From assembly GCA_002189035.1 (NCBI GenBank), contig CM007989.1:8184001-8248000 (forward strand): 64,000 bases of DNA. Direction: 5' to 3'. This document shows positions 28,571-40,122 of this stretch, in pieces. The notes beneath the pieces were generated by a model that saw nothing but the letters and a program-made list of their open reading frames with translations, made no database searches and was not told the DNA's origin. The stretch is from Utricularia gibba. Lineage: Eukaryota > Plantae > Magnoliophyta. The position numbers and the translations under genes were made by a program. Numbering within the stretch: position 1 is the first letter of the stretch; every line of letters starts with the position of its first letter.

Positions 28571-31310
28571 CTCCCCTCCGCCTTCCAAATCTTTAGACGG
28601 CTCTGCTCTGCCCCAACGCATTTACATGCATATGAAGAATACAGGAGAGGTGGTTGGCGGTTGGAATCTCGAGGGAAATTTATTTTCCACGAGGTTTTGG
28701 ATTTAGGAATTTGATGCTCTCATGATATCTTTGTAATGTCAAAAGCGCACGACTAAACTATAAATTATGTTCTGAAATTTTTTTTTAAGTCTATTTTTAT
28801 TTATATAAAAATATTATTGAATTTATGATAAATACAATTAGTAGTAAAAAAATAATTTTCTAGAACATTCTCAATTCTATTTATTCTTTAATCAATTAAG
28901 TGCATTTCTATGTATTATACGACTTTTAGCTAATATCCATATTTCAAATGGTTGTATTTGTTAAAATTAAAGATTTGATAAATAGTATGAATACGTGTAA
29001 AAACAAAGTATATAATAAATATAAATCACATTAGAAAAAATTAAAATAATCCATTAGTAATAATTTATAATTTTTATATATTTAATTATTTCATTCTATT
29101 ATTTAAAAATCGTATTTTGAAAAAATAGAGGGAAAATATATATTTTTTGCATTAATTAATAACCGATTTTTATTTTGAAATTGGATTTCATGCCAGATGG
29201 CGGTTTTACGTTATGGTGATATAAATTTCACTCTGATGCGCACAGGGAGAGGTGTAAGAAATGAATGATGATGCTGCAGTTGACTGCTTCAACAAGTGAA
29301 TATTTTAAGTGGGACATTCACCGGCGCCGAGTAAATAAATGTCTCTGCTCTGCGGTGCGCAGCGCCCACTGGAGCGGATACCGCTGTCAAAAGCAAGTTA
29401 CCGACCGGGAAACCCATGAGAACGATAGTGTGAAGGCGGAATTTAATGGAGGGAGCCCCGTTTCAGGCATGGGCGCGGTGGAAGGACGGATACGGGTATT
29501 CTTCACAGGTTTTTTTTTAAAATACCTACTGTATTTTGTATTTTTTAGGGTGTGAGAAATCTACCCACCCTCTGAACCGTCTTCATTGTATCGCAGCGCC
29601 ATGTGATGTTGTCGAAGCTACACACACACAGTCGAGAGATTGATGTAGGTGTATAGCTGATTGTTGTCATCAAAACACACCAACACAAATTTCTGGTGAT
29701 TTTGAAAACTGACAGTAAATTGATTTTCCTAGGCCGAATTGAATCAGTGTAATAAGCAATCAAGAACTAATGTTACGGATCCAAACCATGTAAAACACAA
29801 AAAAATGAAGTTCGTACTCTAATTCAAAGGACTATTCTTCAAAATGCTTCTTTAGATCTGTATGCATTTGTGTCTTGATTCCTCATACACAATCTCATCT
29901 TTATTGGACAAGGGTCACTTACGATTATTCTTACTACATACATCATACTGTTTTGAAGTTTGTTCTAAAATGGTCGCATTGGTCCATAAAAGACATGTCA
30001 TCTGATGAATGGCCTTATATTAGTATTCATAGAATATACTTTGTGCTGATTACGATAGAATTGTTGTTATATCTTATAATTAATAACGATTCTCATTGTA
30101 TCTAATATATTATTTTGAAACTCGTTTTCAGCTAGTCGTATTCATTTATAAAAAACTGGTCGTCCGATAAAAGTTAAGATTTCATGTCGTATAATTTCGT
30201 AAGTCTACTTGAGATATAGCAAGTTTCTGCTCAAATCTATAGGATCATTTACAAATGTAGCCATTTCGTATTTTTCCACATCTATAGTCATTACTTCAGA
30301 TTTCTACATCATGCCACACACACATCCATTTTATACTCTTTGCCCCATCCATGATTTGCAATGCACCACGGCGAAACGCAGACGTGGGTTAGAATACTGT
30401 CAAGTGGCGGCACCCTTCGGTCCTCTCACTGTGCACAAGAAACTAACCAAAGGGAACTGGTGGGGATCAGGCAATCAGTTCAATATTGAACCGGTAATGG
30501 CTCCCTAGACCGGCCAGGGTAGGGTGCTCTCGACTCGGACCACATTCATAACCACTGAACCGGTTCGAACAGTCGGTGGAAAGTTATCCCCTCACTGGGC
30601 CAGTAGGCCCAATTTGACGAAAACAAATGACCCAGAAAAAAGCCTATTAACCTTCACACGCCCTTGTCTTCCTCCCTAGTCCCTACCCATTTTTCACACG
30701 TGCTTAACTCAGATTTAGAAAATCAGGTGCATTAATTTTATTATTTTAACTCAAAATAACCAAGACTTGGACACGGAAGCGGCCCACGATACCCAGAGAC
30801 ACGGCTTCCATCCCCAATATAAATAATAATATATTCATATTATTTAAATACCAATAAATAATATATACAAGAAATTTCATATATTGTTGTCTTAAAACCC
30901 TATAATTATGATCTAAAAAACACAACGTGGCAGGAATCTGAGGTGGCATTATTGAAAACACGTGCAGTAAATTTTTACTGTGTGTCTTTAAATGTTTTAA
31001 ATGGAAGCTTCTATTATTGGGAACATCGGAGTAATTTTTTTCTACTTTTGGACGTATTGGAATCCGAGATAACTTATACTTTAATTATTAATAGTATTAT
31101 TTCCTGAATCGATGCCGTTTTCCGACCGTACTTGTACTTGTTCTTCTTCCCTGAATCTGTTTATGCTGTGGATGTGGATGGATCTCCGCCGTCCGTTCTC
31201 ATCATATCGAGTTCATCTTCTCTGTTGACCGAAGCCCTAGATGCGTGTTAGCTCCGTAAGTGGATACCAAGAGCATTAAAGCCTCTGGATTTTAACCACG
31301 TTTTATGGAT

Positions 31311-31510
31311 CGCGAATCTGTAGCTTTTTCTGATGTCGTTTCTGGGATCTCCATGGACTTGAGTTGGGATAGAGGGGAGGATCAGGGAGCCCGTCGGCCG
31401 CCCCACGTTTGATCGATCGCAAAATTGTAGCTTTTCTGATGCTGTTTCTGGGATCTCGATGGACTTGAATCGGGAGAGAGGGGAGGATCAGGGAGCGCGT
31501 AGGCCGCGGG
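31311..31510 (+). repeat. Tandem ~106-bp duplication of the AHL 5' end (splice acceptor plus ATG)
   Basis: TGTAGCTTTT(T)CTGATG...GGGATCTC.ATGGACTTGA...GAGGGGAGGATCAGGGAGC occurs at ~31319 and ~31426. Confidence 0.9.
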
Positions 31511-32029
31511 GCGGCCGACGGGTTCGAAGAACAAACCGAAGCCACCAATCATGATTATGCGCGATAGTGGCAACACGCTGAGATCCCACGTTATGGAGGT
31601 TGGGAGCGGACACGACGTCCGACACAGCTTGACTACCTTTGCGGAACGGAGGCAACGAGGGGTCTGCGTCCTCACGGGGAACGGAACCGTTACCAACGTA
31701 ACCCTCCGCGAACCGTCGACGGGGCATCCCGGAGCCGTCCTGAGGTTAACGGGAAGATTCGAGATTTTATCGCTCTCCGGGACTATTCTCCCGCCGCCCG
31801 CACCGGCGTCTGCCTCCACCCTAACGATTTATCTCGCGGCGGCACAAGGGCAAATCGTCGGAGGAATCGTCGATGGGCCGCTCTTCGCTTTGGGCCAGTG
31901 ATGATCATGGCCGCATCGTTTGCTAACGCAGCTTACGAACGCCTCCCACTTGAAGAACCTGACGATGCTGCTGGAAACATGGAGATTGCTGAAGATTACT
32001 GGAGACTGATAGATCGTCACCCCTTTTAG
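31459..32029 (+). CDS. AHL: Clade-A AT-hook motif nuclear-localised (PPC/DUF296) protein; two 1-bp frameshifts as assembled
   Basis: RRPRG[fs]RPTGSKNKPKPP, LRSHVMEV, GRFEILSLSG and QGQIVGG..G[fs]PVMIMAASFANAAYERLPLEE. Confidence 0.85.
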
Positions 32030-33539
32030 GTACACCTTCATACTCACAGATACATACCAATAAAATTCGGTATACGTGAAAAGTATCACAATTAGGGTTT
32101 CAGAGCCAAGAAGACTATTCTTTTCATGAACACTGTGTGAAAAGAAAACACTCTTCATTCCTGTAACTTCTTTCTCAAATTAGACTATACTTCACATGTA
32201 CCTTGCCCAAGTGTTCAAACCTCAAATCCCTTCTCATGGTTTAGTGTATGAACTGTACTGACCTTCTACAGTTACTTGTTATTGCAAATGAGTTCACGAC
32301 CATATTGTCTGCTGATAATGCGTATTGTGTAGACAAATAATGCAAAAAATCATAAGGCCGAAGTTATGAGTGTAGTTTTCTCTTCTAAATTGAGGATTGG
32401 AGAGGGTGAGTAGTCCATGGTTCTCGAAATTGTCTTGTGTTCTCCCCGATCGACTCGGTTCGTGGACCGGCATGTATCTATGCAGCTTTCTTATGGGCAA
32501 TGCTCATGCACCAACTTCTACATGTTGTGCCCTTTGTGGCGTGCATTGAGCTACTTGAATGTTTTTGTGTCGAGGGACACAAGCAACAACATCCCGAGGG
32601 CCTTGTCCCAACTTTCACAATGGGGTGCTACTCTCACATCATTACACTCCATTCTTCATGTTGACAAAAATCTTATTGCATTTGAACCCTGAATAGTCAA
32701 TATTATAATCTTTAACCGTGATTCTTTGAAGTACGGTAAGAACACAAGAAGTGATGATCTTACAAAACATGAAAATTAGGGTATGATGTACTTGTGTCAT
32801 TGTGTCAAGCTCACTAGTTTCACTTAGACATAATGCACTTAGTTGAGATAAGGTCTCACACCTAATGTAAGTGATGATTTCATTATTTATCAACATTCCT
32901 ATTCATACATGTGAGTAAAGCAAAACTTAGGGTTTCATCAACGTGTGTTGCAATTGAGATAATACATTTCTCTGATGATGTGTTGCGTTTGCGACATAAG
33001 GTTAGGGACATCTAGAGTTTGATTAAATTCATCCATTACAGAGTTGAAACTTAGGCCTGTTTCTGTAACATTATGTAATCAGTAGTTTTGTTATCAAATA
33101 TAAATGATATATAGTTTAAAAAAGAGCGTCTTTTATTTTTATAGAGCTACAGAGACTCGGTTCTTATTTTATTAGAATTAGTTATTGAAAAATAATTTTC
33201 GAAAATGAAATCCAAATAAAAATACAAAGATGTGGGGGATCACTTTTTGTTTTGCATTACACTGAAACCCTAATGTTTTGTCGGGTCACATAATAAAGAA
33301 GGAATTTCCACAATTATACATAGAATGCAAAAGATATTTATGTCGTAGCCGTCAAAAGGAAAATATGGGAATAAAAAAGATTAATAATCAAAAAATATAT
33401 TAAATTCCAGGGAGCGTAGCCGCCACGGCCGCCAGTCTTGGGCGTCTGGTAGCCCGGTTCCGGTTTGACAGATCGGACCGAGTTGTAATATCCCCGTATT
33501 AAATTTAAATTAAAAATATAGCAAATAAAAAGGCTGATT

Positions 33540-33630
33540 GTAGGCTTGTCGCGAATTAGCCCATCAGTTATGCTGAATATGGGCTTTTTTTGGGCTTCCC
33601 ATATCGTAATTAATGAGCCGGCCCAGACAG
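33540..33630. promoter_or_regulatory. Site II cluster upstream of PEX11
   Basis: AGCCCA, TGGGCT twice and GGCCCA. Confidence 0.55.
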
Positions 33631-34107
33631 GCCTCGGCTACTCCTTACAAGATGCTTTTTCTATTTCCTTTTTTTTTTTTTCTGGAAAATCAATTCATCC
33701 GAATCCACCCGTTTATCCGGACAGGCCTTCCCCCTTCGTTATCTGGTATAAAATCGAAGTGTGTGATCTTCGAGGAAAGCATTGTGCCCTCTTCGCAAGT
33801 AAGAATGATATGCTTTTTACGTGATTCCGCTCATTTTTTTGGTTGATTGGGTGATACTCTTTCCGGGTGTCGGAAAGTTTGATCCCTTTATGTGCTGAGC
33901 CGTTCCTTCCTTGGTTTTCGATTGAAAGAGCATCTTCTGTGCCTTTTGGTGTAGCTTTGTGCTTGAGGGGTAAAGATGTGCTTCGTTGATTGAGATCAAA
34001 TTTTTAGAGATTTTTTGTAGATTGGTTTAAGAGTAGAGGGGAAGAACATTTGTTTGTTCATGTTACTGACTGCTTAGTATTTTGGCTTTTTTCAGGTGTA
34101 TGCAAAG

Positions 34108-35389
34108 ATGTGTTCTTTGGGGCGGCAAGGTCTGAGCTCGCACTTGCTGTGTTGTACTTGAACAAAGCTGAAGCAAGGGATAAGATATGCAGGGCAATAC
34201 AATATGGCTCTAAATTCTTGAGTAATGGGGAGCCTGGAACAGCTCAAAATGTAGATAAAACTACAAGCCTAGCGCGAAAGGTTTTCCGGTTGTTTAAGGT
34301 CGGTATTACTGTTCCATATGGGGAGTTGTTCGTGGATATTGTATTAATTTTTAATGTTGGTTTTTTTTTTTTTTTTTTTTTTGCGCTGGTTCTCCCGTTC
34401 TATCTGTTAGCTTGCTCCTGTCTTAATTGGCTGCATCTTTCTCTTCACAGTTCATTAACGATCTTCATGCTCTCATTAGCCCAAATGCTCCCGGAACTCC
34501 ACTTTCATTGATTCTGTTGGCAAAGGTAGCAACCTCGTTGAAACCTCCGTTTCATTCAATCCTATGTAGAAAACTCCCCCGTTGATGAGTTCCATTTCAG
34601 TCGAAAAATGCACTTTTGTCCACGTTCTTGTTCCTGGATCAAATTGTGTGGCTGGGTAGGACAGGCATTTACAAGGTATGCGTTTCGAATCCTCATCTTG
34701 CAAGAGACCAGGAACGGCTTTTCATACAGCTAACGAGTTTCTTAATGCAGAACAAAGAACGTGCTGAGTTACTTGGAAGGATCTCTCTTTTTTGCTGGAT
34801 GGGATCTTCAGTTTGCAGTTCTTTGGTCGAGGTATCCAATCACCTCTGTACCCTCAACATCACTTCTTCCTTTACGATCTCTTCACCTGTCAAATTAGAT
34901 TGGTGAACTTGGAAGGCTTTCATCATCCATGAAGAAGCTAGAGAAGGAACTCAAAAATACCAACAAACACAAGGTTTAGTATGGAATGTAGCTTCATCCA
35001 TTTTTTCAAAAAAAAAAAAAAAAAAAACTTCTTCTTGACTGCCTTACCGTTCCAGGACGACCGATATCAGAGTAAGCTTCAGCAATCAAACGAAAGATCA
35101 GTCGCCCTCATCAAGGCATCACTGGATATAGTGGTTGCTATTGGCTTGCTTCAACTGGCACCCAAGAAAATTACACCCCGCGTCACTGGTGCCTTTGGCT
35201 TTGCTTCCTCCCTCATCTCCTGCTACCAGGTATCCTTCTCCCATGGAATGTGAGACACCAAAATAATCGAATTTCAAAATCAGAAACGTTTCCCTTTGCT
35301 GCTTTGTGGGGTGGCATATTGATCTTGTGTCTGCCTGTCTGGTTTGCTTGCAGTTGCTTCCTTCACATTCAAGAGCTAAGGCAGCCTAA
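34108..35389 (+). CDS. PEX11: Peroxisomal membrane protein PEX11C/D/E; 1-bp frameshift four codons after the ATG as assembled
   Basis: ELALAVLYLNKAEARDKICRAIQYGSKF, SLARKVFRLFK and ends LLPSHSRAKAA. All downstream exons are in phase. Confidence 0.93.
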
Positions 35390-35891
35390 AGGAGGCTTCC
35401 TTGTGCCTCCTCCATAGCGATTGGTTCCTTGTGACTGTAGTAGCAATAATCAATCACATGCATGAGATATCTGGATGCATACTGCCCCAAGTTACACACT
35501 GTTTTGCGCCAGGTGTAAAATTCACTTGTTCGATCCTTCTACTCCTCGATCGCAAACATTGTACCAAGTATTTTCTTGAATACGGTGAAATATTTTTTAT
35601 AGAAATTCTAAAGTTAAACATATTTTGCTTAGTTTTTAGGATGAGTAATCTTTTGAAAAGTTTTTGATTCAAGTAAAACGTAAAATTATGAAAATTTGGT
35701 AATCACTATACTTAAATCATAATTCCATTATAATTTGATTTAAACATATATATTCATAATTAATTATGATTTAATTATGTGAATTAATCGTATATATATA
35801 TATATATATATTTTTTTTTTTTATGTCGTGTGTAATTGGGTTGGCGACTACTTATCCGTTTACTGGAGTTTTGAGATCAGGAAAGTGGAGG

Positions 35892-38047
35892 ATGTCAGCT
35901 CCGATACCTTCGCGTCGTCTTCCTCTTTCATTTGAACCACCGCGGCCGGCTCCGAACTTCGCCGCAGTGCCACTATTTCTTCCGACGAGGGGCCGGGCAG
36001 CGGGTTCTCAGTTTGTCTGCTCTGCTGGACAAGCAGGCTTCTTTACCAAGCTTGGTCGATTAATCAAAGAGAAAGCCAAAAGTGATGTTGAGAAAATTTT
36101 CTCCGGGTTTTCTAAAACCAGGGATAATTTGGCTGCCATTGACGAGCTTCTTCTTTACTGGAATCTCTCCGACACCGACAGAGTCTTGGATGAACTGGAA
36201 GAGGTTCGTAAACATTTCGGCTTCTTTTACTCGGCATCACTTGTTGGTAGTCTGAGTTCATCGAGTGTTATTGTAGGCGTTGCTGGTTGCTGATTTTGGG
36301 CCGCGGATCACTATCAAGATTGTCGAGAGCTTGAGGGAGGATATATATGCTGGAAAATTGAAATCTGGAAGTGAAATCAAGGTGTGGGAAATTCTAGATT
36401 GCTCCCCCATCATATCAACAAAATTTCAAAACTGTGAAATGCCAAAACTATGTTTTTTAGGATGCGTTAAAGAAGAGTATCCTGGAGTTGCTAACAGCAA
36501 AGAGACTCAAAACGGATTTGCAACTTGGTTTCAAGTTAGCATGATTATATAACAGCTTGTAATTTTTTCCGAGTTGTGGTGATTATGACATTCTTTTAAC
36601 TGCTTGGTTTCATAGGAAACCTGCTGTTGTGATGATTGTTGGTGTGAATGGTGGTGGTAAGACTACATCCCTCGGTAAGTCCTATTCTTTCTTGTTTCTC
36701 CATTTATCAAACTTATGCCTCTCCCATTATCCGGTTATTGACTTACATTCTATTGCATGTGATTACTTTTTGGGCATTCCTTTTTAATGATCATGAGCAT
36801 CATTGATATTTGCAAGTGGAAATACTCTTCCTGATTGTTTTTTCTAAATAACCTTATACAGGGAAACTTGCACATCGGTTAAAAAGGATGGCACCAAGGT
36901 GAGCCAAAACTTTATTTGCATTCTGTTAAACTAGCTAAATTTACTCTGCATAGTGGATTCATTCGATTGTAGAAAAAAATGAATAAGCGAGGTGATCCAT
37001 TATAAGTGACTCTCAGGGATCATACTACAGAATACGCCATATTTTTTTCACCCAAAACAGAATTTCTGAATCCTCAGTTTTAAACTTGTAGGTGCTATTG
37101 GCCGCAGGAGATATTTTTAGAGCAGCAGCTAGTGATCAGCTAGAGGTATGGGCAGAGAGGACGGGTTGTGAGATTGTTGTTGCTGAAAAAGAGAATGCCA
37201 AGGCAACATCAGGTAGAGGAACTACTCTTTCTGCGAACAAAAATTCATGATCAGCTAATTGTGATCCATCAGCTTGATCTTGAAGTTTTTCCTGAGTAGT
37301 TATTTCGCAGGCTGTAAAACGGGGAAGAGGGGAAGGCTTTGACGTTGTTCTCTGTGACACTTCTGGACGTATGTTTGTTTGACTCCAATACTTTAAGGTT
37401 CAAATTGCATTTTGTGTCCAACTCATCCCACTTTCTTTTGCTCCTTCAACTTTATTTTCTTTTTAATATCGTAGGTTTGCACACTAACTACAGTCTCATG
37501 GAAGAGCTAGTCGCTTGCAAAAAAGCCATAGGGAAAGTAGTATCTGGAGCACCTAATGTAAGTAATGGGCCAGAAAATCTGGTTTTATGGTCCGCAGTAA
37601 GGAAGCTTGATTATGTTCGCCAACCACTGTACTATGCAACATTTTCAGGAAGTCCTTCTAGTACTGGATGGAACAACTGGCTTGAATATGCTTCCACAAG
37701 CTAGAGAATTCAACGAGGTATACATAATACGTCTACATTTGACATCTTCATCTCTGATGCACAGTTTCTGGAATCCTGAATCCCAGGTAATCGGTGTAAC
37801 TGGTTTGATTTTGACAAAGCTTGATGGTTCTGCAAGGGGCGGCTGTGTCGTTAAGTTCACTTCTCCTTGTGTTTTTTTTTCATTTTTATTTCAAAAAATG
37901 GGGCTTTTAATTTCATGAGCCTGCGATTTACAGGTAAGTGTTGTGGATGAACTTGGGATTCCCGTGAAGTTTGTTGGTGTTGGAGAAGGTGTAGAAGATC
38001 TCCAGCCATTTGATCCTGAGGCCTTCGTGAATGCCATTTTCCCTTGA
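35892..38047 (+). CDS. cpFtsY: Chloroplast SRP receptor cpFtsY; 1-bp frameshift in exon 5 as assembled
   Basis: Transit peptide, [41 protein letters not shown] and [12 protein letters not shown]. Confidence 0.95.
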
Positions 38048-38474
38048 AAAGTCAAGCGCCTGTTTTCAAAAATTGGATTTTGAAAATCATGAACTGGTGA
38101 AGAGGTGTTCGAGTTGGATCAGTTCAAATGATTTGTGTCATTGTTTTTCTTGTTCAAATGAAAGTCTGTTTTTTCATGATTGGTGGGATCAGGGCCTTCT
38201 GGACCTGTCTTCATTTGGTTTAGCTTCAGGACAACTTGATTTGAATCCATGTTTGCGTAGATGTATTAGATTATGCTTTGCATCGAACTGACTGAGCCGG
38301 TGTTTTCATTCTTTTTGGCTATGATTTTTGACAGGATTTCAGCTACGTACAATTCCTAAAAGATTATGATCCCTTCTAGGTGCAATGGAAATGAAAGCTT
38401 CATGAAATGTATGTATTAGAAGGATCCCTCTTGGAATCATGTAACCAGGAGAAAACAGGAAGAAGGATGTTTGA

Positions 38475-39409
38475 TTACTGCTCTTGGTGCCTGTTAGACT
38501 TGGTTTCATGACCATTTTCTTCTGTTGGCCTCTTCTGAATGGCTGCTCTTTGGACATGCTGATAGTTTCCCTTCACCATGAAGAGCTGCTGAAAGTGAAC
38601 CCTGCAATAGAGGATCCCATCTATGGCTGCATAGGATGAGTGTGTGAGAGGACAACCCCCATGTGCACATTTGAAACACGTTCTGTGATAGGATTCTCCC
38701 TCCATAGTCACCTGTTTCAACACAAAAACACACAGTCCCTGTTCAGTTTCAATACCTCGAGACTGAAATGTGAAAGTATGGAGCAGAGCAGCAACCTTCT
38801 CAAGGGGGTACACAGTTTTTGTGCAAGCAGCACATTTGTCTTGCGTGCCTGAGAATAACGCTGAAAGCTTGCTGCTTGCCCTTGTCTGTGAGAAAGTAGG
38901 ACCTCAGCTTGTCCGGTAAAGAAGACTTGAAATGGGCAGGGAAAGAACCAACTCTACATCTTTTAGGAACTCACCAGGGAATTTTCTCTCTCTGGCTCAG
39001 CTACAGAAGAAATACCCAAAAGCTATTTATGAGTACAACAAAATATAGAGAAGCATCCTGGGATGGGGTGAATGATGCAGTTTCTTACAAGTTTGGAAAT
39101 TCTTGTTGAAATTTCCAGACTCCTTGAAGAGTTGCTCAAAATGGGTTTTGCAATAGAGGACTCCATCCATAGAGGAGTAATTGCTCATCTGCACATCAGA
39201 TATTACATTTTGAAGACAATGAAGGTGCCCAAGCCTGTAATATAATGAATGCGGAAGCAGAGGATTACCACCAGAGTCCCTCTGCAATGAGTGCACTTAA
39301 AGCAGGATTTATGATAGATTGATTCGTCTGCCGTTAGCAAATCGACAAAATAAACAGTCTTATCACATGCCTTGCATCTGTCCAAAGTTCCTGTGAATGC
39401 TGCTGCCAT
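38475..39409 (-). CDS. PLIM2: Two-LIM-domain actin-bundling protein (PLIM2-like)
   Basis: FTGTLDRCKACDKTVY, GVLYCKTHFEQLF, SGTQDKCAAC.KTVYPLEK and CFKCAHGGCPLTHSSYAA across 5 in-phase exons. Confidence 0.92.
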
Positions 39410-40122
39410 TGTTGATCTGAGCACCTCAACGGCAGCGTGCTCTCCGCTTCTTACAATTATGTTTGAGAAGTTGAGAGCACTACCGTTGAGAAACAAGGAA
39501 ATGAAGAACAGAGATCACATGATTCTCAGAGCAAAAGGGGTATTTATGATGAAAATTCCTCGCAATCCGCATAATATGGAGAGAAATAGCTTGATCTCTC
39601 AGCTGACCCAAAAAGTAGGAAAATGGCTGGAGAGGAGAAACTTACCCTGTTGGGTAAGTTTGTGCATTTGGTACCTGTAGCAATTACATATGGTGATCAA
39701 ACTCATTCAGACCAGATACATTAATACCAGTATGATTCAGTTGCAACCTTTTGAGAAAAAACAGCGTTTATACCACAAGCCCAAACAAGCGGAAAATGGA
39801 CGCCTTCCCCCAAGGGGAGGAGGCAAGACCACCCATGTCTGTCAACCCTCCCTAATTCACAAACAGTCAGATATTTTACCTGGAAGATTCTGTTAGGGGA
39901 TTTGGGTTGGTTACATATCTAAGACTCAACCCTTATCAGGATTGAGTGCGTTTTTGTTGATCCATACAGGAAGCTGAGTGAACCTTACTAGGATACATTA
40001 GAAAGCCAAAATCCTGACAACGTTTACAATAAAGTTTAGTGTAGGCAATCAGAATGGTACTAACCAATGAATCCATCATCAAGTAATTCTGAAGTAGGAA
40101 CTATAGTTACAGGTGACCTATT

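Noticed and set aside
29260-29285. 14-nt match to the miR172 3' end (TGATGATGCTGCAG)
   Set aside because: The 5' seed differs and there is no complementary arm.
30400-30600. GC-rich patch with palindromes (GTTCAATATTGAAC, GAACCGGTTC)
   Set aside because: No TIR, TSD or coding evidence; possibly a TE scar, but unsupported.
32871-32975. Box C (GTGATGA) ... box D (CTGA) snoRNA-like spacing
   Set aside because: No terminal stem, no clear C'/D' boxes and no rRNA guide recognised; a snoscan run would be needed.
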